A DNA stretch of 64,000 nt from Candidatus Latescibacterota bacterium (lineage in GTDB: Bacteria > Latescibacterota > UBA2968): contig OZ240241.1 of the NCBI GenBank assembly GCA_965198115.1, positions 7,136,001 through 7,200,000 of the forward strand, written 5' to 3'. Numbering within the stretch: position 1 is the stretch's first letter; each line of letters begins with the position of its first letter. The translations under genes were made by a program, and so were the position numbers. This document shows, piece after piece, positions 38,670-50,582 of this stretch. The notes below the pieces were generated by a model that did not search any database, was not told the DNA's origin, and worked only from the letters and a program-made list of their open reading frames with translations.

Positions 38670-39867
38670 ATGCCAAGGCTGATGACAATCCTTTCCGCAC
38701 TATGCTTGATGGGAATCGCTCGACCGTGCGTCGCCCAGGACAAGCTGATCGATCTGATTCCCGGGCTCTACGGGGGCGACGGCATCTTTCTGGCTACGGC
38801 GCAGGTGGCAAGCCACACTGCCCATTTTTCACTGCAGAGCGCGTCTAACATCAACCGATTGAACGAACAGATCGCGGCGGAAGTCGGTGGCTTTCCCTTC
38901 AGCTCGTCGGTCGGCGGCTTCTCCTTTGCCTGATCCAGCCCTCGGGGATTTCGTCGCGACAACGGGGTCACTCGGCCCGCTGATCGCCGAGTTGCCGACC
39001 ACATCGGGCAAGGGCAAACTCAGCGTCAACCTGTCCTATACGTATCTCAAATACAGCGAGTTCAGCGGACAGAGTCTGAACGCTTTCGCGGTCACGCCTG
39101 CCTTGCACCAGCCTACGGCGGTCGGATTTCCCGATACACGGGATCAGTTCGAGAATGATGTCGTTGAAATCGAGATGGATCTGGACATACGCAATCAGAT
39201 TTTCGCTTTTTCGGCCACCTATGGTCTACTCGACCGACTCGATGTGGGTGTGCTACTCCCATTCGCGTTCGTCAATGTAGACGTGCGGGGCGAGGCTCGC
39301 GTCGTCGAATCTACAGAGAACACACTGTTTCCCAACATCCACACCTTCGAAGGCGGCCCCGAACCTTCCGTCGACCGGGTCTCGGGGAGTTCTAACGGGC
39401 TCAGCGATCTGATCGTCCGGGCAAAGTACAACCTGTTCAAAGGTGAGCGCACGAGTCTTGCCCTGGCGACGCTCGGCCAGTTCGGGACGGCCGATCGCGA
39501 GGATTTCCTCGGTACGGGCGATGCTGCCATTCGCCCGTTTCTGATCGCGGCCCGGACTTTTGGCTCGATGACCCCGCACGTGAACGTGGGCTACGAATTC
39601 AACCTGGATCGAAGCGAGCGGAGTGCGCTCGAATACACGGTCGGTTTCGACATCGGAAGCAGCGAGTGGACCTTCGCGGGCGAGTTGCTCGGCAGCCACG
39701 AACTGGACGGGGACGGTATCGGGGACGACATCGTGGACACGGCGTGGGGGGTGAAGTGGAACCCCGTGGGCCGGTGGCTCCTGGCGCTGAACACGCGTCT
39801 GAGCATGAACGACGCGGGTCTGCGGTCGACATTCGTTTCCACGCTGAGCGTTGAACGCGGCTTCTGA
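38670..39867 (+). CDS. Outer-membrane beta-barrel protein (MetA-pathway/transporter-like), frameshift near 38930
   Basis: Signal peptide, amphipathic strands, GLSDLIVRAKY, PHVNVGY, terminal F. Confidence 0.7.
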
Positions 39868-40811
39868 TCCGGTTCTCCTTTCACGGTGGTACATGCCCGT
39901 TTCCTTTCCCAAACTCTATTGGGTTGTTCGGCTTCTTCTTCTGCTCGCGAGTCAGAGTATTGGAACAGCTCTGGCCGCGGCACAGCCGGTTGCCGTCGTC
40001 AGAAGTCTCGACATGGCCGCCTTCGATCAGGTTCTGGACAGCTTTCGCGAAAGTTGCCCAGACCAGATTGTTGAATTCAACCTGAAAGGCAAAAAGAGCA
40101 ACGGCAAGAAGGTCGCCGAGTCGATCCTCAAGGCGAATGCCAGGGTGGTGATTGTTGCTCGCCGCGCGCGTGATACAGGAAGAGTTGCCCGACACACCGC
40201 TGCTCTACTGTATGGTGTCCCGCTACGGGTTGGTCGGCGAAAATACGGTGGGCATCAGTCTCGACGTTCCGGGGGAGAAGCAGTTTTCTCTGTTCAAGGA
40301 CGTCGTACCCGGTCTCAAAACCATCGGGGTGCTTTACGATCCAGAGAAGAGTGGGATACTCGTGACGGATGCGGCCGAAGCTGCGGAAAAACTGGGGATC
40401 GACCTCCTGCGCGTGTCCGTTTCGTCACGAAAGAAAGTGCCTCAAGCTCTGAGAGGCATGCTGGGCAAGATCGACGTGCTCTGGATGGTGCCGGACGACA
40501 CCGTCCTTACGACGGATTCCTTCCGCTTTCTGCTCGTCACTTCTTTTGAAAACCGGCTGCCCCTGATGGCGATCTCTGACATTTTCGTCAAAGTGGGAGC
40601 CCTGGCTTCGATCACTCCAGATCCTGGTGAAATCGGTCGCCAGGCCTGTGAGATGGTTGCGCAGTATGATCGTGGCGAACTGAGCCTGTCGAGCGTTGAT
40701 GTGGTACCACCGACCGGAGCGAATCTGGTGATCAACGTGAAGACGGCAGAAAAGATCGGTCTGACCGTCTCGCCGGATGTGCTGGCGACGGCCAGTAAGG
40801 TCTACGAATGA
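39851..40811 (+). CDS. ABC-type substrate-binding sensor protein (frameshift near 40155)
   Basis: KTIGVLYDP, IDVLWMVPDDTV, VKVGALAS, LVINVKTAEKIGLTV. Confidence 0.8.
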
Positions 40812-40842
40812 CCACGATGTCTGGCAATTTCGGAGGAGGGGA

Positions 40843-43252
40843 ATGAACTCTCTGAAGTTCAAGGCGATGGCCTTCATTACCGTGGTCATCATGGTCGTCG
40901 GCGGGGCGCTGAGCTGGTATTTCCTTCGCGAGGGCGAGAAGGTCCTGAAAGAGGAACTGCAGGGGCGGGCGATCGCGTTGACGACCAACCTCGCCCACAA
41001 CAGCCGCTACGGCATCCTGACGGAGGATGAAATCATCCTTCAACGTTTGATCGACGGTTTGATCAGGGATGATGACGTGATCTACGTGGCCATACTGGAT
41101 ATCGACGGCGTGGTGCTGGCCGAACGGTTTAAGACCGGTATTGAGGGTTCGACACCCGATTCCGAAGACCTCGCGACCGACCTAGCCGAGCGAACGCGTG
41201 CGGGGTCCGAACCGTCGATCCGTCTCTACTGAACAGCAGATCTTCCCGATCTCGGGGATTTACCACGCCGTTGCTCCGGTTGTCGCCGAAGCGTCGTCGG
41301 AGAGCGCTCAAGAGGCCGAACTCGCCACAGCCCTGTCGATGCTGGGGGAAACGGCGGAAGAGGAAACCGGGCCGGACCAGTATGGCAGCGTGCAGGTGAT
41401 GCTCTCGCTCGAGGAGATGGAGCACGGCATCCAGCAGGCCCTGGTCGCCGGCGTCGGGTTGACGCTGGCCACGATGTTGATCGGAATACTGGGATCGTTC
41501 GTGTTCGTGGGCTATGCGCTCACACCGGTTCAGGCGATGGCCAGGGCCGCGAAGGAAATCGCTGGCGGCGATCTTTCGCAACGCGTGGGCGACCGTCGAT
41601 CGGACGACGAGATCGGCGTGCTGTCGACGGCCTTCAACGACATGACCCAGTCGTTGAGAGAGATGACGCGCGCGCAGCAGGAGCTCAACGCATCCCTCGA
41701 AGCGATGGTGGACGAGCGTACGCGAGAGCTGCTCGAGGCCAAGGAAGCGGCCGAAATCGCCAACCAGGCCAAGAGTGAATTCCTGGCGAACATGAGTCAC
41801 GAACTCCGGACACCGATGAACGCGATCATCGGCTACAGCGAGATGCTGATCGAGGACTCTGAAGATCTGGATGACGACGCCTTCGGTCCCGATCTCAAGA
41901 AGATCCGTGCCGCCGGTATCCATCTGCTGGGTCTGATCAACGATGTGCTCGATCTGTCCAAGGTGGAGTCGGGAAACATGGACCTCTTCCCGGAGTGGTT
42001 CGACCTGGGAGCTATGGTTCAGGAAGTCATTTCGACGCTCCAACCACTGGTGGAGCAGAACAACAATGTGTTAGACGTGGCTTGCCCGCCGAGTGTCGGA
42101 GAGATGTTCTCCGATCAGACCAAGGTCCGACAGATCTTGTTCAACCTCCTTGCGAATGCGTGCAAGTTTACGGAAAAGGGCACGATCACGGTCGACGTGA
42201 GCCGGGAGGAAGACGGGGAAAGGCCGAGCGTAGTGTTTCGCGTGGCGGATTCGGGGATCGGTATGGACGAGGAACAGATGGAGCGACTCTTCCAGCCCTT
42301 CACCCAGGCAGATTCCTCGACGACGCGAAGGTTTGGGGGAACCGGTCTGGGTCTGAGCATTTCCCGTCAATTTTGCCGTCTGCTGGGTGGGGAGATAGGG
42401 GTTCAGAGCGAGATTGACGAAGGCACGACCTTCACCGTGCACTTGCCTGCCCAGATGCTCACAATCGAACAGCGGGGGGCTCCCCCCGAACCCTCGGCTT
42501 CCGATTTGAGGACCGGGCCCTCTCTGCTCGTGATCGACGACGACCCGATCGCCCGCGATGTGGTGGAGCGCCTCATGCGACGGGAGGGTTTCCGCGTCGA
42601 GACGGCTTCGGGTGGCCACGCGGGGCTCGACCGGGCGAAGGCAATACGGCCGGATGTGATCATTCTGGATGTGATGATGCCTGACCTCGATGGGTGGTCG
42701 GTCCTCCAGCGGCTGAAGGTCGACCCGGCCCTTGCCGAGATCCCCGTGGTGATGTTGACGATGGTGGACGACAAGGGTCGTGGGTTCACCCTGGGCGCAT
42801 CCGACTATCTGACGAAACCGATCGATCGAGATCGGCTGTCCGCCGTCCTTCGGAAGCATATCAAGGAGCAACCGTTCAGCATTCTAGTCGTCGAGGATGA
42901 CGGGACGACGCAAGAAATGCTACGCAAGCTGTTGAACTCGGAGCCGTGCCAGCTGATGGAGGCAGAGAATGGCCGCGATGCCCTGCGGGTGATCGAGGAG
43001 AGCTCGCCGAACCTGATTCTTCTCGATCTGATGATGCCGGAGATGGATGGATTCGAAGTCGTCGACCGACTGCGGCACGACGAGCGCTGGCAATCGATTC
43101 CCATCGTCGTGGTCACGGCCAAAGACCTGACGAACGAAGACCGTGCGCGACTCAACGGCTACGTCGAGCAGGTGATTCAGAAGGGGTCCTACACGCAGGA
43201 ACAGATTCTCGAAGAGGTCCGAACCAGGGTGGCGGCACACATAGAGCATTGA
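40843..43252 (+). CDS. Hybrid sensor histidine kinase (HAMP-HisKA-HATPase-REC-REC), frameshift near 41225
   Basis: [48 protein letters not shown], two receiver domains (LDVMMP, LDLMMP). Confidence 0.92.
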
Positions 43253-43372
43253 AGATAGAACATCGAGAATTGTCGGTATGCGGAGTCCAAAATGAGAACC
43301 CCGCGGATCATTCAAATTGAATGTCTGCGGGGCCTGCTTTTACGCTCCATCTTCGTACTGCTTCCTTCTCAC

Positions 43373-44575
43373 TCAGACAGCAAAGATCGCCCGGTTCGAA
43401 ATGCCGCACGCGCAATCGGGCGTCATGAACCCGCCGACGAATTGGGCAGTACGACCGGCAGGGGCGACGCCTTCGTAGAAGGCCGAGAAGGATGTGTTGA
43501 AGTCGACGAGCCACTGACGGCTGGCCTCGTCCACGTCCTTCGCGACGATGTAGGCGTTGTTGAAGATGCCATTCTGGTGGAGGCCCTGGCCGCCGGCCGC
43601 TTTGACGTGGCCGTCGATCTGTCCCAGGATCGTCCCCGCGTCGTCGCCACCGACGCCGCTGATCATCACCTCTCGAACACCGGACTGGTTGAAGGCGACC
43701 CACGTGCTGAAGCCATCGACGATTTCGCCAGACCGCTCGATGTCGAGGTCATTGCCGACGACGACCCGGGGCTGCGGCTCGACGATCCCGTCGAGGTTTG
43801 GGATGCGTGAGACCGGGTAGATGAGTCCCGCGGGCCGGTTGTCGCCGAAGTAGTCAGCGATCACATCGTTCAACGTGTCGACACGTGACCAGGTCTGAGC
43901 CGGGTCGTCGTCAATGGCGACGAGAACTTCGAACCAGATCGTGCCCGTCTTGAAGTCGACGCCCTTTACGGCCATCGGTTTCTCGTACTGTTCGACGAGC
44001 ACGAATTCCATTTCCTTCCGAAGGTCATCGCCGAGGCTGGCAACGGTTTCACCCTCCGCATTCGTGTGCAACACCGAAGCCCCACTGGGCTGGTGGTCCT
44101 GCCATTGCCCGTAGTCGATCACACCGCCGCCGATGGTCACGCCGTCCCCTTTGACGGCCTTGATCTGAACCTCGAACAGGGCGGCGGGATCAGGGAATCC
44201 TTCCTGGTGCGTGAACCTCGCCATTCTGTTGGATCTGAGCCCACATCCGGTAACGGACTCGATCATCGCTCCGTAGACGGCGTTGAAGTCGTTCTTGTAC
44301 TCCTCACAGTCCTCTCGATCGGCCGAGGGTGTCGTCCATAGAACGTCGGTCTTGTAGACGTCCCCCCACGTGACACCACCCTTGAGCAGACCGGGGTTCA
44401 GGTTGTGGATCGTCCCGAACCATTGGGAACCCAGTTCTTCCGGATACTGTGTGCCGACGTTGCCGCTCGGCTCGACGTGACGCACGACGGAATGGTCGTC
44501 GTAGGTGATGACGGTCTCTGTGGTTCCGCTGAAGATCGCGATCGGGTTGTATCGAATGATGTTCACGCTGGCCAT
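43373..44575 (-). CDS. Tandem Rid (YjgF/RidA-fold) domain protein
   Basis: FSG..SQWFGTIHNL..GVTWGDVYKT..DFNAVY..RMARF..PAALFEVQIKA and MISG..ILGQI..FN..PAGRTAQFVGG follow the Rid pattern; AGGAG RBS. Confidence 0.55.
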   Translation of the reverse strand: MASVNIIRYNPIAIFSGTTETVITYDDHSVVRHVEPSGNVGTQYPEELGSQWFGTIHNLNPGLLKGGVTWGDVYKTDVLWTTPSADREDCEEYKNDFNAVYGAMIESVTGCGLRSNRMARFTHQEGFPDPAALFEVQIKAVKGDGVTIGGGVIDYGQWQDHQPSGASVLHTNAEGETVASLGDDLRKEMEFVLVEQYEKPMAVKGVDFKTGTIWFEVLVAIDDDPAQTWSRVDTLNDVIADYFGDNRPAGLIYPVSRIPNLDGIVEPQPRVVVGNDLDIERSGEIVDGFSTWVAFNQSGVREVMISGVGGDDAGTILGQIDGHVKAAGGQGLHQNGIFNNAYIVAKDVDEASRQWLVDFNTSFSAFYEGVAPAGRTAQFVGGFMTPDCACGISNRAIFAV

Positions 44576-44729
44576 CGTTTGGTGCTCCTCGTCCTGACTC
44601 GGGGCGGAAATCGCCGAACGCCCTGCAATGAATATCGAAGGGTCTTGGGCCTGGATCGCAGCGGTCCAGGGCGTGCCGTGGGGCCTGAAGATGCAGGAGA
44701 AAGGACGAATCTCCAACACCCAAGTTCGG

Positions 44730-45491
44730 TTATTCGCTGAACATTCTGCGCGCCTGCGCGAGGGATTCCGGATTGCCGATGTCGAGAATCGTTCCTTCGA
44801 TCTTGTGCGCGTAGACGGGTATGTGATCGAAGAGCCACTCGACGAACTGCCCCGGCGCGTCTCCCGAGCCCTGTTCCAGATAGTCATCGATCAGAGAAAC
44901 CGAGGATCGGGGGTAGATGTAAAAGGGGGGAACCGCCCAGTTCGATTTAGGTTCGGTCGGTTTTTCGACGAATTCTACGACGCGGTCGTCTGCGTCGAGA
45001 ACCGCGTTGCCCCGCTTCTTGAGGTCTTCGCGATCTTCTTCGTGACGGACGCAGATGTGGAACTCTCCGTTGCGCTTCCAGGTTTTGACGAGATCGTTCA
45101 ACTTCCACTGGAGGATGTTGTCAGCCGCACAGACGAGGAGGTCGTCGTCGGCGTCAGCGCGTGCGATGACGAAACGCAGATCGCCGATCGCCCCGAGACG
45201 ATCGTCGTTCGAGGTTGTGCCGTCGTCGTGGATCGTAATTCGCAGTCCCCGGTGGGCACGATCCTCGGCCTTCGCCGTACTGCCCCGTTCGGAGAGCCAG
45301 GTCTGAAAGTGACCGGCGAACCGACTGTTCGTGACGAGGTGGACGCGATCGATGTCGCCAATGTCCCTGATCTGGTCGACGAGGTGATCGAGAATGGTCT
45401 GGCCGCCGACTTCGAGCAGCGGCTTTGGGAAGTTCTTCGTGAGCGGGTAGAGCCGTGTGGCGTAGCCCGCGGCGAGGATGATGGCGTTCAT
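44730..45491 (-). CDS. Sugar-phosphate nucleotidyltransferase
   Basis: AIILAAGYATRLYPLT.NFPKPLL, EKP, DIG. Confidence 0.92.
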   Translation of the reverse strand: MNAIILAAGYATRLYPLTKNFPKPLLEVGGQTILDHLVDQIRDIGDIDRVHLVTNSRFAGHFQTWLSERGSTAKAEDRAHRGLRITIHDDGTTSNDDRLGAIGDLRFVIARADADDDLLVCAADNILQWKLNDLVKTWKRNGEFHICVRHEEDREDLKKRGNAVLDADDRVVEFVEKPTEPKSNWAVPPFYIYPRSSVSLIDDYLEQGSGDAPGQFVEWLFDHIPVYAHKIEGTILDIGNPESLAQARRMFSE

Positions 45492-45500
45492 AAAATTTGA

Positions 45501-45660
45501 ACCACCAAGACACCAAGACAACAAGAAGACCGGGCAACACGAAGACGCGAAGACGCGAAGAAAGTAGAATGGGGCATAGGTGTATGTGTTGTGCTGCCTG
45601 GGTTCCGTCTGGCTCCTGAAGTTAAGGTCGTGCCCCATTCGTGTTTATTCGTGTTCATTT
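45501..45660. repeat. Degenerate 8-mer and 10-mer tandem repeats
   Basis: ACACCAAG/ACAACAAG, ACACGAAG-ACGCGAAG-ACGCGAAG, CATTCGTGTT-TATTCGTGTT-CATTTG. Confidence 0.65.
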
Positions 45661-45711
45661 GCCTGCCCTGAGTAGCGGCTCCGGCCGCGTATCGAAGCGT
45701 GGTTCCCGGGT

Positions 45712-46890
45712 TTACAGAATCGCCGCGCCGTCGGCGGGGCGTGCGATGAGGACACCGTCGTTGTCGGCGCGTTCGGGATGTTTTTTGCGATACTGAGTTG
45801 CGACGCTTTCCGCAGCGATTTCGGCCTTTGCCGGGTCACACAAGGCGATGCTGCAGCCGCGAAACCCTGCCCCGCTGAACCGGGCGCCGTAAACGCCATC
45901 GGTTTCCACGAGGATGTGATAGAGATCGACGAGTGGTTCGGATCCGCACTCGTAGTTCTCGATAGAGCTACGTCCGGACGTGGATACGAGGTCGCCGAAC
46001 GTCACGAGGTCGCCTTCGTGCCAGGCTTCGATTCCCGCTCTGACGCGTGCGCACTCCGAGAAGAAATGCTCCGCTCGCTTTGCAGGATCCCCCTCAAGGA
46101 CGCCTCGATGCTCGGCATACTCCTGCGGTGTTACCTCTCCGAGAAGCGCCCGGGCTTCTCTTCCGGCGGCACGTAACAGATTCGTCGCAGCCGCCGCGCA
46201 TTCATCCACGCGCTGGTTGTAGCCCGTGCTGACAAGAGCCTGCTTGACACCGGAGAAGGCGACGAGGATCGCGTAGTCGGGCATCGAATCTGCCTGCGGG
46301 ATGAGTTCGTGGCTGACCGTGGCGCAGTCGATGACGGTGAGGTGCCTGTCTTTGGACAGGAGTATGGCGGATTGATCTAGGATTCCGTTCCGTAGGCCGA
46401 GATATTCGTTTTCGATCAGTCGGTCGAGTTCGATATTGTCTTCCACGGAGACGTCGAGGTCGTTGGCGGCTTCGAGCGCGAGCAGGTAGGCGCATCCGAC
46501 GGCGGCGGACGAGCTGAGCCCCCCTTCGGAGATCTGACCCGTCGTCACGCCGACGATGCCACGCCTGACGGTGTGGGCCGACTTGATCGCTTCGACCGCA
46601 CCGCGGGGGTAGTTGCCCCAGTCGTCGTCGCGTTTGGGCGGGACGGCCTCGACATCGAAATCGATTTCGCCCTCGAACGTGAGGCTGCGCAGCCGGACAC
46701 GACCGTCGTTCGAAGGGGCGAACGCCAGGTAGACGGCACGATCGATCGTCATTGCGGTCACGGGCCCCAGCTGGTGGTCGATGTGTGCGCCCATTGGGCA
46801 GATTCGGTAAGGTGATCGCACGACGCGGATGTCTCGACGGTCACATCCGTAGCGACGCACGGTTTCGTCGATGAGGGGGTCGATGTCCAT
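45712..46890 (-). CDS. galK: Galactokinase/galacturonokinase (GHMP)
   Basis: SPYRICPMGAHIDH, GGLSSSAA, GILDQ, GARFSGAGFRGC. Confidence 0.8.
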   Translation of the reverse strand: MDIDPLIDETVRRYGCDRRDIRVVRSPYRICPMGAHIDHQLGPVTAMTIDRAVYLAFAPSNDGRVRLRSLTFEGEIDFDVEAVPPKRDDDWGNYPRGAVEAIKSAHTVRRGIVGVTTGQISEGGLSSSAAVGCAYLLALEAANDLDVSVEDNIELDRLIENEYLGLRNGILDQSAILLSKDRHLTVIDCATVSHELIPQADSMPDYAILVAFSGVKQALVSTGYNQRVDECAAAATNLLRAAGREARALLGEVTPQEYAEHRGVLEGDPAKRAEHFFSECARVRAGIEAWHEGDLVTFGDLVSTSGRSSIENYECGSEPLVDLYHILVETDGVYGARFSGAGFRGCSIALCDPAKAEIAAESVATQYRKKHPERADNDGVLIARPADGAAIL

Positions 46891-47081
46891 TTCGGTCCAG
46901 AGCATAGGACAGGGGTCGGTGTGGCGCAAGCGGCGGATTTAGAGCTGACGCGCCCTTCCATAACGGTCGACGTTGCGCAGCGACGATGATAGGCAGACTG
47001 TTCTTTCGCCTGGCAAGATGGGTGTCAACGAGTCGATTGCTCGGACGGCTCATCGGGCTTGCGTTTGAGCGCGCGAGCTGA

Positions 47082-47651
47082 TTGCTCCCGATCACGCGTG
47101 TGTGTGAGAATGATCGTGCGATCGGGTTCGCCCATCCCAGCCCGACCTATCGAGATCACACTCTGTTGGTTCCCAGGAAAGCGATCCCGGACTTCCCAGC
47201 CCTGTTGACGTCGGATCACTTTTCCTATTTGGCCGAAATACTTGAGATGGCGCGGCAGGTTATCGATGACGGAGGGTGGACGGACTATTCCCTCGGCGTG
47301 AACGGTGGGCGGTATCAGGACGTGGCTCAGGTACATTTCCACCTTTACCGGGAGGTTCATCACTGGCGAGCCCTGACGGGTGAGGTGCCTTCCGAATCGC
47401 TGATAGAGGGTGATGGAATCCGTGTGTTTCACCATCCCCAACCCGCGCGAGAGATTCACGCGATTCTGCAACTCCCCTCGGGCGTGGATGGCGTCGCCAA
47501 GGCTTGCGCCACGCTTGACACCTTCCACACCGTTCTTGATGTCTACGGGCTCGCTCAGGGAGGCTATTCTGTGTTTGTCGAATTCCGTGCGTCACGAGAG
47601 CTGTTGTTGCACGTCGTGGCCGGTGAGGCTACTGAGAGTCATCGGGTCTGA
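47082..47651 (+). CDS. HIT-family protein
   Basis: FAHPSP..HTLLVPRK..VNGG.YQDV.QVHFHL; a second degenerate HIT-like half follows. Confidence 0.7.
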   Translation: MLPITRVCENDRAIGFAHPSPTYRDHTLLVPRKAIPDFPALLTSDHFSYLAEILEMARQVIDDGGWTDYSLGVNGGRYQDVAQVHFHLYREVHHWRALTGEVPSESLIEGDGIRVFHHPQPAREIHAILQLPSGVDGVAKACATLDTFHTVLDVYGLAQGGYSVFVEFRASRELLLHVVAGEATESHRV

Positions 47652-47726
47652 ACGAATGATGTCTCGTCGAAATCCTGGAAGGCAGATTCACAACCCTGCC
47701 CGTCGAATCAGAGGAGTCATGCGAGT

Positions 47727-48561
47727 GTGAACATCGTAGACCTCAGACACCAGCTCCGTTCTCCCTGGCCCGTGCTGGATTGTCACGTTCACCCCTTTGC
47801 TTGCTTCGGCTTTCGCGAACCGCGGTCGCCTGAGGAGGACGCAGCGCTTCTGGTCGCGTCGGGAGAGCGAGCGCGTGTGACGAAGATGGTGTTGTTCTCT
47901 CTGCACGAAAGCGTGCTTCGCGAACCGACGATGGCGGAATGCCGAGAAGCGAACGACTACGCCTTGGCGATGAAGGCGGCGGCGCCTGACACGTTCGTGC
48001 CACTCTGTTACGTGAATCCGATGTATCCTCACGAGTCGGTCGAGGAGATTGAACGTTGCGTGGGTATCGATCGGATGTGTGGGGTCAAGCTTTGGGTAGC
48101 ACGTCGTGCGACCGATCCGGGTTTGGACCCGATCCTTGAAAAAGCGGTGTCTCTGGATGTACCCGTCTTACAGCACGCCTGGATCAAGACCACAGGGAAT
48201 CTCGTCGGCGAGTCCTTTCCGGCTGACGTGGCTGCGCTGGCAAGACGCCACCCCGAGGCCAAGATCATCATGGCGCACCTCTATGGGTGCGGGCTTCGTG
48301 GCATTGAGGACTGCCCCAACATCTCGATCGACACGTCGGGAGGCGACCCCGAAAACGAGGTTATCGAGCAGGCGGTCGCTCGGATCGGTCACGATCGGGG
48401 TCGTCTACGGTTCGGATGCGCCGATTCGTCACTTTGGTGTGAGTGTGGGAAAAATTCTGGGTGCCGCCCTGACCGACGATCAGAAACGGGACATTCTGTG
48501 GAACAACACCGCTCGCCTCTTTCCGCCGTGGGCCGGTCTGACGACGATGGGCGATGCGTGA
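47727..48561 (+). CDS. Amidohydrolase-2 family (frameshift near 48395)
   Basis: DCHVH, GVKL, LQH, MAH, DTSG, then YGSDAP..ILWNN in another frame. Confidence 0.85.
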
Positions 48562-49308
48562 TGGTGACGGATCTCGCCGCCTTCTCCGGCGTGGCCGGCG
48601 CATCCTGTGCAGGGCCGACTCCAGGATGTGGTCGATTCGTTGACGCAGACAGGTGTCGAACGCATCGCCCTGTCGCCTCTCGACGCGGTCTGGTGTCGGA
48701 ATCCGCACGTTTACAACGCCGCCCTGATCGAGACGTGTTCGGTCGATGAGCACCTTTTACCTGTTCCCGTGATCGACCCGGGTGTTGCCAACTGGCGAAG
48801 TGAAGTGGCCACGGCCGTGGAGGCCGGCACCCGGTTGATTCGTCTCTTACCCAATTATCACGCGTATGGATTGACGGATGCGCACGATCTGCTCCGGGTG
48901 GCAGCGGAGGCCGAGGTGGGCGTCATCGTGCAGACGCGGATGGAAGACCCCCGTTGCCAGCATCCGCTCGCGATGGTCGAAGATGTCGTTCCCGCAGACA
49001 TTGTGGATGCCGCTACCCGCCATCCATCGCTCAGGTTGCTGATCGGAGGCGCGCGCGCCGGTGATCTTCGAGCTCTGAAGGATGCGATTCTCGCTGTCCG
49101 GAATCTCTATGCGGATGTGAGTCAGGTCGATGGGGCGGATGCGCTGAAGGTTCTCGTCGAGGAAGGGCTGGGCGAGCGGCTTGTTTTTGGCTCGCACGTG
49201 CCTTTGTTCAATGCGCACGCAGCGATGATGTGTGTGCTCACGGACCTGGCGGATGATGTTGTTGAGAAGATCCTGGCCGATAATGCTGCGCGGCTCTTGG
49301 GCGGGTGA
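48558..49308 (+). CDS. Amidohydrolase-like TIM-barrel partner protein (frameshift near 48590)
   Basis: RLLPNYHAY, RMEDPR, NLYADVS, LVFGSH.P, ILADNAARL. Confidence 0.8.
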
Positions 49309-49318
49309 ATGCCGCGCA

Positions 49319-49347
49319 CTGACCATTGACCCTTGACCAGTGACCAG
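49319..49347 (+). repeat. Heptamer tandem repeat
   Basis: CTGACCA-TTGACCC-TTGACCA-GTGACCA just after a stop codon. Confidence 0.6.
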
Positions 49348-49498
49348 AGCTGTGGCGTTACCTTTCGTGACGGCGCCAGGCTTTGCCTGTGGGATACACA
49401 GAACAGTTGAACGAAGTGTTCACTCGAGGACAGTTGGTGTAATCCCTGACCAACTTTGGTCACTTGTCAATGGTCCCTGACGTCACATCGGAGAGCCA

Positions 49499-50536
49499 AT
49501 GAGCTACGCGATCAAAGTAGGCAAAGGTCTCGGCGATATATCTGAGCCAACACTCACGTTCTTTCGACAAGTGGGTGTCGAGGCTCTCTCGATTCCGACA
49601 CGCTGGAACGAGCGGAAGGACGGCGTGGTGACGACGCGGCCGCTCGTGCCGCCGACACAGACGGGACCGGCTGGGACGATGGGGAAGCCGTGGGATAAGA
49701 CGGAGGTTTCGCGCGTGATCGAACGGGTGACGGACTACGGCTTCGAGATCGAAGGGGCCCGCCTGGGTCTGTCGGGCAACATCGTGATGGGAGAGAATGG
49801 TCGTGAGGCCGATGTCGATGTTGCCCGACGAAACATCGAGCTGGCAGGAGAGCTGGGGCTGAAAGTGCTCAACTACAATTTCACGGCGCTTCGCGCGTCG
49901 GAAGGCTACGGCTCTTTGCCCGGCGAGGGTCGCGGGGGAGCGGCGCTACGTGACTTCGACTACGACCGAATCAAGGATCTTCCTCCCCTCGAGACCGTGG
50001 GAACGCATTCGATGACAGCTATGCGGGAGCGCTACCACTGGTTCCTCGAGCAGGTGTTGCCGACAGCGGAATCGGCGGGCGTCAAATTTGCGGCGCACCC
50101 GAACGATCCTCCTGTGTCGGTCTACCGAGGCGTCGCCCAACCAACCGGTGACTTCGATGGCTACAAGAAGCTGATCGATCTTGTCGATAGCCCGTCGAAC
50201 TGCGTATTCTTCGACACGGGCGTGACGACGGAGATGGGCTACGACGCGGCCGAAGCCATTCGGTATTTCGGATCACGTGGACGGATCGGAACCGTTCACT
50301 TCCGGAACGTTCGCGTGATCGAGGATAGGTTTAAGTACATCGAAGTGTTCCACGACGATGGGGATGCGGACCTCGCCGAGTGCATGCGTGCGTTTCACGA
50401 AGTCGGTTACGAGGGCCTGATCGATCCGGATCACACGCCCTACCTCGTGGGGGACGACGAGGGGACACGCATCGGGTGGGCATTCGCCATCGGACAGATC
50501 GTGGGGCTGCGGAATGCTGTGGTGGGAGGTGCGTAA
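49499..50536 (+). CDS. uxuA: Mannonate dehydratase family
   Basis: LNYNF, AHPNDPP, DSPSN, VHFRNV, EVFHDDGD, PDHTP. Confidence 0.85.
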   Translation: MSYAIKVGKGLGDISEPTLTFFRQVGVEALSIPTRWNERKDGVVTTRPLVPPTQTGPAGTMGKPWDKTEVSRVIERVTDYGFEIEGARLGLSGNIVMGENGREADVDVARRNIELAGELGLKVLNYNFTALRASEGYGSLPGEGRGGAALRDFDYDRIKDLPPLETVGTHSMTAMRERYHWFLEQVLPTAESAGVKFAAHPNDPPVSVYRGVAQPTGDFDGYKKLIDLVDSPSNCVFFDTGVTTEMGYDAAEAIRYFGSRGRIGTVHFRNVRVIEDRFKYIEVFHDDGDADLAECMRAFHEVGYEGLIDPDHTPYLVGDDEGTRIGWAFAIGQIVGLRNAVVGGA

Positions 50537-50556
50537 GGGCGGACCTACGTTCCGCC
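50532..50556 (+). repeat. REP-like palindrome (RAYT-associated type)
   Basis: GTAA-GGGCGGA-CCTACGT-TCCGCCC, a GTAG-like tetranucleotide plus hairpin. Confidence 0.55.
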
Positions 50557-50582
50557 CAATTTGCATCGAGGCTATGGCAGCT

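Noticed and set aside
24031-48600. Programmed frameshifting or mass pseudogenisation (breaks near 24070, 29015, 37725, 38930, 40155, 41225, 48395, 48590)
   Set aside because: Single indels in otherwise intact genes, several at short homopolymers and with no shared slippery motif; best explained as long-read assembly errors. Short-read polishing would decide.
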